Shown one piece after another: positions 47,654 to 57,184 of a stretch of DNA of 64,000 nucleotides (the first letter of the stretch is position 1; every line of letters begins with the position of its first letter). The notes beneath the pieces are model-generated. The model was not told the origin of the DNA. It saw only the letters and a program-made list of their open reading frames with translations, and did no database searches. The translations under genes were made by a program, and so were the position numbers. The DNA is from an uncultured Thermococci archaeon (GTDB lineage: Archaea; Methanobacteriota_B; Thermococci; Methanofastidiosales; B48-G16): the NCBI GenBank assembly GCA_964595645.1, contig CAZQQT010000004.1, positions 64,001-128,000 on the forward strand, given 5' to 3'.

Positions 47654-47728
47654 GAGGAGGCTGGGGAGCAAACAGCTCTTCTGTTCACCACCTCCCACAC
47701 CCCCCACTCCTCGGCCTCCTCACTTTTT
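47654..47728 (+). ncRNA. Candidate small RNA with C-rich anti-SD-like loop
   Basis: 15-bp helix GAGGAGGCTGGGGAG/CTCCTCGGCCTCCTC (2 G-U pairs), inner hairpin AACAG/CTGTT, unpaired CACCACCTCCCACACCCCCCA, TTTTT end. Confidence 0.7.
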
Positions 47729-47856
47729 AGATGGATAATTTAACTGAATAGGTAACACCGTTTGGAGAGCGTGTATATTAATCTTTCCCCTGATTTAAAA
47801 TTTTCCTTATAATTGTATATGAACAATATATTGAACTATAAAAAAAGAAAAGAAGA

Positions 47857-49290
47857 TCAGTAGTGTTTCGCGAAGTAGACAAGATCGTCAGTTTCCTTTC
47901 CACAGACCACGCATTCTCCTTTTTTGGACTCTTCAAAGAGAATACACGCAGAGGTCGCTCCTGTATCGTCCTTTATTCTTTCTTCACATTCTATGGAACT
48001 ACAGAAAGGAATTTGCACCATCTTTCTTTCCTCTATCGCCTTTTTTAGCTCGTCATAGGAGTGTACCTCGATGGTATTATCTTTGAGGAAGGTTTGTGCC
48101 TGCGTGTAGAGATTCGTCTGTATCGCCTGGAGGGTTTTTTCTGTTTCTTCGGCGATGGTTTCCATGGAGACCGCCGTCTTTTCTCCTGTATCTCTCCTCA
48201 CGAACATTACCTGGTTTTTCTTGATATCCCTGGGACCGATCTCGATACGTAGCGGCACACCCTTCAGCTCCCAGTGATTGAACTTGTACCCTGCAGTATA
48301 CTCCTCTCTATCATCGAGATGCACGGAATGCGTTTTCTCCAGTACGCTTCTTATTTCTTCAGCTTTCTCCAGTACACCCTTCTTCTTGTCTTCAAAGACG
48401 ATGGGCACTATCACGATCTCTATCGGTGCTACTCTGGGCGGGAGTACGAGTCCTCTGTCATCCGCATGGGTCATTATTAATGCTGCGATAGTTCGGGTTG
48501 TCAGACCCCATGAGGTCTGCCAGACGTACTTCTCCTTCTCATCGCTATCCGTATATGTGATGTTGAAGACCTTGGCAAAGTTTTGACCGAGATTATGGGA
48601 CGTGCCGCCCTGTACCGCCCGTCCATCGGGCATCAGCGCCTCCACGGTAGTGGTGTACAGCGCGCCGGCAAATTTCTCATTTTCCGTTTTATATCCTGAT
48701 ATCACTGGAATCGCCAGCAGCTCTTCGTAAACTTCCTTATATATATCTAGTATCTTCAGCATCTCTTCATCCGCCTCCTCCTTTGTAGCGTGGCAGGTGT
48801 GCCCTTCCTGCCACAGGAATTCTCTGGTCCGCATGAAGAGCTTGGTCATCTTCGTCTCCCACCGTACAACATTCGCCCATTGGTTGATGAGGAGGGGGAG
48901 ATCCCGGTAACTTCGTATCCACTGTGCGTACATATGGTTGATGATGGTCTCAGAGGTCGGCCGGATTGCCAGTTTCTCGTGCAGTTTCGAACTCCCTCCA
49001 TGGGTCACCCACGCAACTTCAGGGGAAAATCCTTCCACATGATCTGCTTCTTTTTTAAAAAACTTCTCTGGGATGAATAGGGGAAAGTACGCGTTTTTAT
49101 GTCCTGTCTCCTTGATTCGTCTATCCAGATATCCTTTAATTTTCTCCCATATTTCGTATCCGTAGGGCCGTATCACCATACACCCTTTTATCGGGGAGAA
49201 ATCTGCTAGTTCTGCTTTTAAAACCACCTGATTGTACCATTCTGAAAAATCTTCAGATTTTTTTACCATTATACCTTCTTCTTCTGCCAT
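47857..49290 (-). CDS. proS: Prolyl-tRNA synthetase (archaeal type)
   Basis: Motifs RPTSET, REFLWQEGH, GTSHNLGQNF and C-terminal Y. Confidence 0.98.
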   Translation of the reverse strand: MAEEEGIMVKKSEDFSEWYNQVVLKAELADFSPIKGCMVIRPYGYEIWEKIKGYLDRRIKETGHKNAYFPLFIPEKFFKKEADHVEGFSPEVAWVTHGGSSKLHEKLAIRPTSETIINHMYAQWIRSYRDLPLLINQWANVVRWETKMTKLFMRTREFLWQEGHTCHATKEEADEEMLKILDIYKEVYEELLAIPVISGYKTENEKFAGALYTTTVEALMPDGRAVQGGTSHNLGQNFAKVFNITYTDSDEKEKYVWQTSWGLTTRTIAALIMTHADDRGLVLPPRVAPIEIVIVPIVFEDKKKGVLEKAEEIRSVLEKTHSVHLDDREEYTAGYKFNHWELKGVPLRIEIGPRDIKKNQVMFVRRDTGEKTAVSMETIAEETEKTLQAIQTNLYTQAQTFLKDNTIEVHSYDELKKAIEERKMVQIPFCSSIECEERIKDDTGATSACILFEESKKGECVVCGKETDDLVYFAKHY

Positions 49291-49337
49291 AGGCTAACCC
49301 TCCTGTAATTTTTTTGTTTCTTTGCAAGAAAAGCATC

Positions 49338-49430
49338 ACTAAAAGAAGATTTTCTCAGAAAATTACCGACATGGAACTACATCACTTCTTTTAGTCATGA
49401 GTGTACATTTTGAGAAGGCTATAAAAAGGT
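49338..49430 (-). promoter_or_regulatory. proS promoter and structured leader with uORF
   Basis: GAAACC-TTTTTATA; 11-bp inverted repeat ACTAAAAGAAG/CTTCTTTTAGT; uORF at 49398-49363. Confidence 0.45.
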
Positions 49431-49583
49431 TTCGGTGACTGTGCATCGCGAGATGGTTCGCATTTTCGTGCGAGGGTTTCTCTAGACAAGAGTGCTGCAA
49501 AAGACCATGTGAACGAGGTTCGACGCATATGGAAGAGAAGGTTATTAAAATAATAGGAAGGAAAGATACTCAGAGGAATTGAC

Positions 49584-50027
49584 ATGCAGAGGATCGAGGT
49601 AATAGGAAGGATACTGTTGAGGAGCGAAAATCATCTCCTTCTCACCAAAAAAGTGGATAGATCGTACACCTTTTTACCCGGTGGTCACGTGGAGTTCAAC
49701 GAAGAGACGAAAACCGCTATCCTACGGGAGTTAAAGGAAGAATTCAATGGGCGGGCGAACATCAACGAATTCGTTGGGGTTCTCGAATGTTCATTTGACC
49801 AGGACGCTCGACGACATCATGAACTGAACTTCCTCTTTTCTGGTGAACTGTTAAACTACCGTTACCCTGCGCCACCAGAACCACGTGAACCTCACCTAAA
49901 GTTCCTGTGGCAGCCGATCAACGATCTGAAGAACGTGAACCTGTTACCTCCCCCGATCATCCCTCTCATTCACAACTACTATGCACATGGGGGAAAAGGG
50001 ATATGGAGAAGTGGGATGGAAAAATGA
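49584..50027 (+). CDS. NUDIX hydrolase
   Basis: Nudix box PGGHVEFNEETKTAILRELKEE. Confidence 0.93.
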   Translation: MQRIEVIGRILLRSENHLLLTKKVDRSYTFLPGGHVEFNEETKTAILRELKEEFNGRANINEFVGVLECSFDQDARRHHELNFLFSGELLNYRYPAPPEPREPHLKFLWQPINDLKNVNLLPPPIIPLIHNYYAHGGKGIWRSGMEK

Positions 50028-50752
50028 AGATGTGCAGGAACGGATCTCTCCCCAAGGGGATGCTCTTCGATCTGGACGATACAATCGTCGCCTTTAAAGC
50101 AGTGGCCGATACTGTGTGGAAGGAAGTCTGTGAAAAATACGCTGAGTACCTTCCCACGTGTGACACGGAGGAACTCTACACAACAATCAACAGCGTCCGA
50201 CGGTGGTACTGGGGAGATCCAGAACGACATAAAGAAGGAAGACATAGAATTGAGAAGACGCGAAGAAAGATCGTGAGAAATGCCTTTAAAAGGCTTGAAA
50301 TGGACAATCACTCCCTCGCCCACGAGATCGCCGATGCATACTCGACGCAACGCCTGGAAGCGATGCATCTGTTTCCAGGGGCAAAGGAGACACTGACATA
50401 CCTCACCGATCACGGTGTATCCCTCACACTTGTGACGAACGGGCCGGGACCGTACCAGCGAGCGAAGATAGAACGGTTCGATCTGGAACGCTTTTTTTCT
50501 TCCATCCTCATTGAAGGAGAACTCGGATACGGAAAGCCCGAAAGGAAAATTTATCTTCGAGCGTTGGAAGAGTTAGGATTGGAACCAGAAGAGGTGTGGT
50601 CAGTAGGAGACAATCTCAAATGGGAGGTCGAAGCTCCGCAACAGCTAGGGATCTACAGCGTGTGGCATGATTACAAGAGAGGAGGACTCCCGCCGGGAAG
50701 CAAGATTGTTCCTGACAGAATCATTCATCGGATCGCAGAGTTAGTTGAATGA
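50024..50752 (+). CDS. HAD-family hydrolase
   Basis: Motifs FDLDDT, VTNG, GKP and VGD. Confidence 0.92.
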   Translation: MKMCRNGSLPKGMLFDLDDTIVAFKAVADTVWKEVCEKYAEYLPTCDTEELYTTINSVRRWYWGDPERHKEGRHRIEKTRRKIVRNAFKRLEMDNHSLAHEIADAYSTQRLEAMHLFPGAKETLTYLTDHGVSLTLVTNGPGPYQRAKIERFDLERFFSSILIEGELGYGKPERKIYLRALEELGLEPEEVWSVGDNLKWEVEAPQQLGIYSVWHDYKRGGLPPGSKIVPDRIIHRIAELVE

Positions 50753-50844
50753 ACATTTGTGTACTGTGGGGGCGAGAAAAGCGCAAAAAGTTTAAAAAGA
50801 TTTAAACCATATTCTCTGTGAAACATTACAAGGAGGTAAAATAG

Positions 50845-51591
50845 ATGGAAAATAAATGGAAATATATGGGCCTTTTAATTGTAGCCGTCATGCTGGTTTC
50901 AGCTGTAAGCGGCTGCATGGGCGGAGAAGAAGAAAAGAAAAAAATAATCGTAGGAACAGCTGCAGGATTCGCTCCTTTCGAGTACAAAGAAAACGGAGAA
51001 ATAGTGGGCTTCGATATCGATATGATCAAGAAAATAGCGGAGGACCAAGGGTACGAAGTAGAAATACAGAACATGGCCTTTGATGCACTGATACCTGCGC
51101 TGAAGAATGAGAAGATCGATGTGATTGCTGCTGCCATGACGATCACAGAAGAAAGAGCGCAGCAAATATCCTTCACCGACCCCTATTACGAAGCAGATCA
51201 GTCTATTCTCGTGAGAAAGGGCTATGAAGAAGTGCAAAAACCTGAAGATCTGAAAGGACTGAAGGTCGGTGCACAGACCGGTACCACTGGGGCTGGTTGG
51301 GTAAAGGAGAACATTGGCGATGAAAATCTCAGTCGGTACGAACAGTACCCACTCTGTGTCAAGGACCTGATAAACGGGAACATCGATGCAGTGGTCCTCG
51401 ACAAGCCGGTGGCCAAGAACTTTGAACAGCAGGAAGATGTTGTTGTCGCTGTTACCATTGAAACGGGAGAGGAATACGGACTTGGAGTCAGGAAAGGAGA
51501 CACAGAACTTTTGAACGACTTGAACGAAGGATTGAAAAATCTAAAAGACTCCGAAGAGTGGAATGAACTTGTGAGCAAATACTTCGGCTGA
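50845..51591 (+). CDS. Polar amino-acid ABC transporter binding lipoprotein
   Basis: Lipobox VSGC; motifs FAPFE, GFDID, ITEER and GAQTGTT. Confidence 0.95.
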   Translation: MENKWKYMGLLIVAVMLVSAVSGCMGGEEEKKKIIVGTAAGFAPFEYKENGEIVGFDIDMIKKIAEDQGYEVEIQNMAFDALIPALKNEKIDVIAAAMTITEERAQQISFTDPYYEADQSILVRKGYEEVQKPEDLKGLKVGAQTGTTGAGWVKENIGDENLSRYEQYPLCVKDLINGNIDAVVLDKPVAKNFEQQEDVVVAVTIETGEEYGLGVRKGDTELLNDLNEGLKNLKDSEEWNELVSKYFG

Positions 51592-51613
51592 ACTACCAAG
51601 GGAACGTGATTAC

Positions 51614-52297
51614 GTGGACGTCAACTACCTAATCAATGCACTACCGCAACTCCTTCACGGACTGAAAACGACACTAGGACTCACAGTACTGAGCCTGGCC
51701 CTCGGGACTCCACTGGGGATCCTGATGGCCTTTGGACGTTCCTACGGAAACAAATTTCTTTTTTTTCCTATTTATGTGTATGAAAGAGTGTTGAGAGGGA
51801 TCCCCCTTCTCGTCATATTCTTCCTTATCTACTTCGGATCTTCCCAGATAGGAATCAATCTGAATGCCTTCACAGCTGCAATACTGGGTCTGGGGCTCCG
51901 AAGCACCGCGTACCAAGCACAGATCTTTCGAAGTGCGATAAATTCTATTCCACGGGGGCAGATGATCGCCGCTAGAAGTATCGGCATGTCGAAACTCCAA
52001 TCGATCCGTCACATCATTCTTCCCCAGATTCTGCGGCTCTCGATTCCCGGATGGTCCAACGAGTATACCATTCTATTGAAGGACACATCCATCGCCTTTG
52101 CAATCGGAGTACCGGAGATGATGGAAGCGGCGAATGCCCTGATTACAAGCATCAACACCCCCCCAGGAATCATCCTTCCGCTGTATCTCATAGTGGCAGC
52201 GATATATTTTGTCCTGGTCGTATCAACTAACCAAGTATTAAATTACTTAGAGAGGAAATACAAAATGTCAGGATTTGAAACGGAGATAGAGAGGTGA
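51614..52297 (+). CDS. Amino-acid ABC permease
   Basis: RGIPLLV and EAA-loop [12 protein letters not shown]. Confidence 0.95.
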   Translation: MDVNYLINALPQLLHGLKTTLGLTVLSLALGTPLGILMAFGRSYGNKFLFFPIYVYERVLRGIPLLVIFFLIYFGSSQIGINLNAFTAAILGLGLRSTAYQAQIFRSAINSIPRGQMIAARSIGMSKLQSIRHIILPQILRLSIPGWSNEYTILLKDTSIAFAIGVPEMMEAANALITSINTPPGIILPLYLIVAAIYFVLVVSTNQVLNYLERKYKMSGFETEIER

Positions 52298-52301
52298 TAC
52301 C

Positions 52302-53045
52302 ATGCATATGTTAGAATTAAAGAACATTCACAAAAAATATGGAGATACAGAGGTTCTCAGAGGAGTATCGTTCACCATGGAGAAGGGTGACACAAAGGTG
52401 ATTATCGGTCCCAGTGGAACGGGAAAAAGTACCCTTCTGCGATGCATCAACCAGCTAAGCCCACCGGACAAGGGAGAAGTGTGGCTCGATGGAGAGGAAG
52501 TGACCGATCCAAAAAAAGATATAAACAAGAACAGACAAGAAATAGGCTTTGTATTCCAGAATTTTAACCTGTTCAATCATCTCACTGCATTAAGAAATGT
52601 TTCTCTGGGTCTAGAGAAAGTAAAGGGAATGAAAAAGGAAGAAGCAAAGGAAAAAGCCATGGAAGAGCTTCGAAGAGTGGGACTAGAAAATCAGGCAACG
52701 CAGTATCCCGCTGAACTCTCAGGAGGACAGAAACAACGGGTGGGAATTGCCCGAGCACTTGCCATGGAACCGAAGATCATGCTCTTCGACGAACCAACCT
52801 CCGCACTGGATCCCGAGCTGATCGGTGAGGTGCTGGAGGTAATGAAAGGCCTCGCTGGAGAAATGACTATGCTGACCGTCACACACGAGATGGGCTTCGC
52901 AGGAAGCGTATCGGACGAAATCATCTTTATCGAGAACGGTGTAATCGTGGAGAAGGGATCTCCCAAAAAAATGTTTAACAATCCGGAGAAAGCGAGAACG
53001 AAGGAATTTCTTGGAAAGATCGCTACATTATATGGAGGAGAATGA
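52302..53045 (+). CDS. Amino-acid ABC ATPase (GlnQ-like)
   Basis: Motifs [16 protein letters not shown] and [10 protein letters not shown]. Confidence 0.97.
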   Translation: MHMLELKNIHKKYGDTEVLRGVSFTMEKGDTKVIIGPSGTGKSTLLRCINQLSPPDKGEVWLDGEEVTDPKKDINKNRQEIGFVFQNFNLFNHLTALRNVSLGLEKVKGMKKEEAKEKAMEELRRVGLENQATQYPAELSGGQKQRVGIARALAMEPKIMLFDEPTSALDPELIGEVLEVMKGLAGEMTMLTVTHEMGFAGSVSDEIIFIENGVIVEKGSPKKMFNNPEKARTKEFLGKIATLYGGE

Positions 53046-53048
53046 GCA

Positions 53049-53735
53049 ATGGGAACAATAGAGTTCTTTCTTCAGTCGCTGCCTCATCTGCTCGAGGGGT
53101 TGGAGAAGACACTGTTCCTCACCTTTTCATCTATTGCAATAGGGTTTATTCTGGGTATTTTACTCGCACTGGGAAGGGTGTACGGTAATAAGCTCGTTGC
53201 CGGTCTTTGCACAGGATATATTGAATTTATCCGTGGCACCCCCCTTCTTGTGCAACTGTTCATATTTTACTTCGCCTTTCCAGAGTTCTTTGGAATCAAT
53301 TTAACGCCGTTGATGGCAGCGTTTGTGGGTCTAAGCCTCAACAGTGGTGCGTACCAAGCAGAGTACCTTCGAGGATCGATACAGGCAGTAAGCTCCGGCC
53401 AGATGATCGCCGCACGAACCATAGGGATGTCCACGGTACAGTCGATCCGTCATATCATCCTCCCGCAGAGTCTCAGGATTGCAATTCCAGCCTGGTCCAA
53501 TGAACTCATCTATCTTTTGAAGTACACGTCAATCGCGTATATCATCCAAGTGGAAGAACTGACTGCAGAGGGGAAGTTCATTGCCGCAGAAACATTTAGA
53601 TATATAGAAATATTTGCTTTCATCGGGATTATCTATCTGTTCTTTACCATTGTCCTCTCCGAGATCACAGACAGAGTGGAGGAACGAGTGAGAATTCCGG
53701 GCATTGGCGCAATAAAGGGTGAAAGAGAGGTATAA
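53049..53735 (+). CDS. Amino-acid ABC permease
   Basis: RGTPLLVQ and GQMIAARTIGMS. Confidence 0.95.
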   Translation: MGTIEFFLQSLPHLLEGLEKTLFLTFSSIAIGFILGILLALGRVYGNKLVAGLCTGYIEFIRGTPLLVQLFIFYFAFPEFFGINLTPLMAAFVGLSLNSGAYQAEYLRGSIQAVSSGQMIAARTIGMSTVQSIRHIILPQSLRIAIPAWSNELIYLLKYTSIAYIIQVEELTAEGKFIAAETFRYIEIFAFIGIIYLFFTIVLSEITDRVEERVRIPGIGAIKGEREV

Positions 53736-53839
53736 GGGAGTTACTCTCTCATTTAAAAGCATATTTTAGTGTAAACAGGAACACCGGTCCATCGTCACCT
53801 TCCGGAAAGGTTTATATATTCCGCCTCTGATTTCTCTTT

Positions 53840-54568
53840 ATGTTCAGTGCGAAGCTTGAAGCGAGAATATGGAAAGATATCGTTGATACGGTGAGCAGTA
53901 TTATAGAGGAGGCACCCTTTGAAGTGAAGGAAGACGGACTCTACATGAGGGCAATGGATCCCTCCCACATCTCAATGCTCGATCTCGTTGTGTCGAAGGA
54001 TCTCTTCGACGAGTATTCCTTTGACAAAGAGATCTCTCTGGGAATCGATATGGGTGAGATAAGCAAGATTATGAGAAGGGCCAAGCCCAGCGATACCCTT
54101 GTTATGGAGGCGGATGAGTCAAGAATCAACCTCACATTTGTCGGGGACTCGGAGAGAAAGTTTGGTCTCCCTATTATTGATGTACTGGAAAAACGATCGA
54201 AACTCCCGGATGTCGCATTTACCACCACAATTAAAGCGAATGCAGAACTTTTCCAAGATGCGATCAAAGATGCGTCCGTCGTCGCAGACCATATCACATT
54301 TGAAGCAAAAGAAGACAAATTTTTGGTGATGGCTCAAGGAGACATGAGCGATATCAGGACGATCAATAAAAAGGACACTATGGAAGAGTACACGGTGGAG
54401 GAAGAGGCCAAGGCCACATTCAACCTCAGCTACCTTTCAGATATCTCCAAATCGCTTTACGGTACCATGGTGATGAAGCTCGGAACGGACGTCCCTATGA
54501 TGCTCGAGTTCGAGATAGATGGAGCAGAGGTGAAGTTCGTCTTGGCTCCCAGGATTGAACGGGAATGA
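53840..54568 (+). CDS. pcn: PCNA sliding clamp
   Basis: Motifs AMDPSHISM and FVLAPRIE. Confidence 0.97.
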   Translation: MFSAKLEARIWKDIVDTVSSIIEEAPFEVKEDGLYMRAMDPSHISMLDLVVSKDLFDEYSFDKEISLGIDMGEISKIMRRAKPSDTLVMEADESRINLTFVGDSERKFGLPIIDVLEKRSKLPDVAFTTTIKANAELFQDAIKDASVVADHITFEAKEDKFLVMAQGDMSDIRTINKKDTMEEYTVEEEAKATFNLSYLSDISKSLYGTMVMKLGTDVPMMLEFEIDGAEVKFVLAPRIERE

Positions 54569-55044
54569 TAGAGGAACTGCTGAAAAGGGAAAGGGAAGAA
54601 GTGCGGTTACAAAAACTCCCTCCAGAGATTTATTCCAATGTGTTACATTACATGAGGGAGATAAAAAATAAAATAAAAACAAAGGAAGGACTCGAAAAAA
54701 GAGTACTTGAGAAAGAGCTAGAAACCGTAAGAAAACAATTTTCCGAGCTGATTGAGACGAGGATAGAAAAAGTAGTGGCCGTGGAAGATCAGCATCTCAC
54801 ATCCGAAGAGGAAAAGATTTTTAAGGAGATCTCCGAGTTAATAAAAAAGTATAAAAAAGCAGTGGTAACAAAAACTATACCGAGAACAGTTACAGTACGG
54901 TTAAAAAAGGACCTTCCCGAGATCGTGGGGCCCGATCTCAATGTATACGGACCCTTTAAGGAAGGTGAAGATGTAGAATTACCGATAGAAGTTGGAATTC
55001 TGCTCATGAAATCAAAAATAGGTGTAAAAGGTGAGAAAGAATGA
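54565..55044 (+). CDS. GINS subunit (Gins51/Gins15-like)
   Basis: Helical A domain (LQKLP..Y, R..K, LTSEE), B domain with G.D...YGPF..G, and position after pcna. Confidence 0.8.
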   Translation: MIEELLKREREEVRLQKLPPEIYSNVLHYMREIKNKIKTKEGLEKRVLEKELETVRKQFSELIETRIEKVVAVEDQHLTSEEEKIFKEISELIKKYKKAVVTKTIPRTVTVRLKKDLPEIVGPDLNVYGPFKEGEDVELPIEVGILLMKSKIGVKGEKE

Positions 55045-55313
55045 AGATGCCAAAAAGAATGAGAACATATTGCCCTTATTGTAAAAAACATACAGAACAC
55101 AGATTAAAGATACAGAAAGCCAGAAAAAGAGGAGAATTGAAACAGGGACAGAGAAGGTTTCGAAGAAAGACAAAGGGATACACAGGATATCCGCGACCGA
55201 AACCGAGCGGCTCAAAAAATACAAAGAGACGCGATATACGGTACATCTGTACCGAGTGCAACAAAATGCACACCAGAGAAGGATTTAGAGCAAAAACGAT
55301 AGAGCTCACGTGA
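55041..55313 (+). CDS. rpl44e: 50S ribosomal protein L44e
   Basis: Motifs [12 protein letters not shown] and GYTG.P.P. Confidence 0.97.
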   Translation: MKMPKRMRTYCPYCKKHTEHRLKIQKARKRGELKQGQRRFRRKTKGYTGYPRPKPSGSKNTKRRDIRYICTECNKMHTREGFRAKTIELT

Positions 55314-55317
55314 TACC

Positions 55318-55497
55318 ATGAAATCTGCACCCATATCTAAGTTCATAAAAATAAAGTGTCAGGACTGTGGAAACGAACAGATAGTGTTTAACAAGCCTGC
55401 AACAGCAATCGAGTGTCTGGTCTGCGGGAAAACCCTAATAAAACCAAAAGGTGGTTTTGGGGATATCAAGGGAGAAATACTCGAGGAGTTAGAGTAA
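55318..55497 (+). CDS. rps27e: 30S ribosomal protein S27e
   Basis: Manual translation: [24 protein letters not shown]...CLVCG...PKGG. Confidence 0.95.
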   Translation: MKSAPISKFIKIKCQDCGNEQIVFNKPATAIECLVCGKTLIKPKGGFGDIKGEILEELE

Positions 55498-55498
55498 G

Positions 55499-56260
55499 AT
55501 GAACGGTAAATATCCCGAAGAGGGCGAGTTTGTCATCGGTACCGTAGTAGAGATCCATCCGTACGGTGCAATGGTAGATCTCGATGACTACCACCAGCGA
55601 GGAATGATCCATATCCGAGAGATCTCTTCCGGCTGGGTAAAGAATATTCGAAACCACGTGAAGATGGGACAGAAGGTTGTCACCAAAGTTTTGAAAGTGG
55701 ATCCCTCGAGGGGACATATCAACCTCTCACTCAAACGAGTGAGTGAACGACAGAGGAAAGTAACGATAAAACAGTCAAAATTAGAGAAAAAGGGTGAAAA
55801 ACTCCTTGAATACTTTGCAGAAAGAAATGAAATCTCGTTAGACACAATGAAAAAGGAGATAATGGAGCCCTTGAGGAAAAAGTATGGGTATGTCTACGAC
55901 GCATTTGAAGAAGCGTTGATAAGTGGAAAAGAAATACTGAAGGAGGATATACCTGAAGAGTATGTTGACAATCTGTATGAACTTCTCTCCTCCACTGTTG
56001 ACGTTCGAAAGGTGGAGATAGAATCCAGGATGATTATAGAGTGTTATGAGCCCAACGGAGTCGACGTGATAAAAAACGTGATAACTCCAGAGAATTCAGA
56101 CATCGTGGTAAAACTCCAGGGATCGCCAAAGTACTCCGTGAAGATCACGAGTCACGATTATAAAACAGCAGAGGAGATTCTTGCTGAGTACACGAGTAAG
56201 GTGAAGAACGCAATGGATGGGTATGATGGCAAGGTAGAGTTCGAACGGGTAAAAAAATGA
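55499..56260 (+). CDS. eif2a: Translation initiation factor aIF2 alpha
   Basis: PEEGEFVIGTV, S1 domain and GHINLSLKRV. Confidence 0.96.
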   Translation: MNGKYPEEGEFVIGTVVEIHPYGAMVDLDDYHQRGMIHIREISSGWVKNIRNHVKMGQKVVTKVLKVDPSRGHINLSLKRVSERQRKVTIKQSKLEKKGEKLLEYFAERNEISLDTMKKEIMEPLRKKYGYVYDAFEEALISGKEILKEDIPEEYVDNLYELLSSTVDVRKVEIESRMIIECYEPNGVDVIKNVITPENSDIVVKLQGSPKYSVKITSHDYKTAEEILAEYTSKVKNAMDGYDGKVEFERVKK

Positions 56261-56424
56261 AGATACGAAAATGCTTTGAATGTGGAACGTACACATTCGA
56301 ACCTGAATGTCCCCAGTGCCATGCCCCCACTCACCGTCCGAAGCCTCCTCGATTTTCCCCGGAGGATCCGTACGGAAAGTACAGAAGAAAAGCAAAGTTG
56401 GAGCGGAAGGAAGATGAAGACTGA
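56257..56424 (+). CDS. nop10: H/ACA RNP protein Nop10
   Basis: Manual translation: MKIRKCFECGTYT...CPQC...PPRFSPEDPYGKYRR. Confidence 0.95.
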   Translation: MKIRKCFECGTYTFEPECPQCHAPTHRPKPPRFSPEDPYGKYRRKAKLERKEDED

Positions 56425-57184
56425 GATTATTGAGTCAGAGAAAGTAACATTAACAACCCCTGTGTTTGTAGAAGGACTTCCCGGTATTGGATTAATTGGG
56501 AAAATAGCAGTGGATTATCTTATTGCTGAGCTGAATGCGAAAAAATTTGCGGAGTTGCACTCCCCTCACTTTCCCCACCAGGCGGTGGTAGAGGATGATT
56601 CGACGCTCCGCCTCGTACAGGATGAATTCTACTACAGCAAAGGAAAAAAGGACCTCATCTTTCTCACAGGAGATACGCAGGTCCCGCCCAACAACACACC
56701 GGGCCATTACGAGGTCGTTCAAACAATACTGCACTTCCTCCAGGCCTATAAGGTGCGAGACATCTACACACTGGGGGGGTACTCAACCGAAGGCGAGGAG
56801 GTTGAGGTTGCCAGGGTACTGGCATCGGGAACGGATACCGACATGATGAAGTCATTTGCAGATATCGATCCGTTGTTAACATTTAGAAAGGATGTGGGAG
56901 CGTCGATTGTGGGTGCTTCTGGACTCCTTTCGGTAATCGGAAAAATGAACCGTATGCGAGGCGTATGCCTTTTAGGAGAGTCATCAGGTATTGCAGTGGA
57001 TCCTCAGGCTGCGGCATCCGTACTCCGTTGTCTGTGTAAAATTCTTGAAATAGACGTGAATCTGAAAAAACTCGAGAAGAAAATCGAAGAAAACAAAGAG
57101 ATAATAAGGGAGATAGAGAGAAAAAGAGAAAGTATGATGGACGAAATCGATCAGAGGGGAAAGGATATGGAGTACATACGATGA
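56414..57184 (+). CDS. Proteasome assembly chaperone (PAC2) family protein
   Basis: EGLPGIGLIGK, TLGG, GASG and C-terminal YIR. Confidence 0.9.
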   Translation: MKTEIIESEKVTLTTPVFVEGLPGIGLIGKIAVDYLIAELNAKKFAELHSPHFPHQAVVEDDSTLRLVQDEFYYSKGKKDLIFLTGDTQVPPNNTPGHYEVVQTILHFLQAYKVRDIYTLGGYSTEGEEVEVARVLASGTDTDMMKSFADIDPLLTFRKDVGASIVGASGLLSVIGKMNRMRGVCLLGESSGIAVDPQAAASVLRCLCKILEIDVNLKKLEKKIEENKEIIREIERKRESMMDEIDQRGKDMEYIR

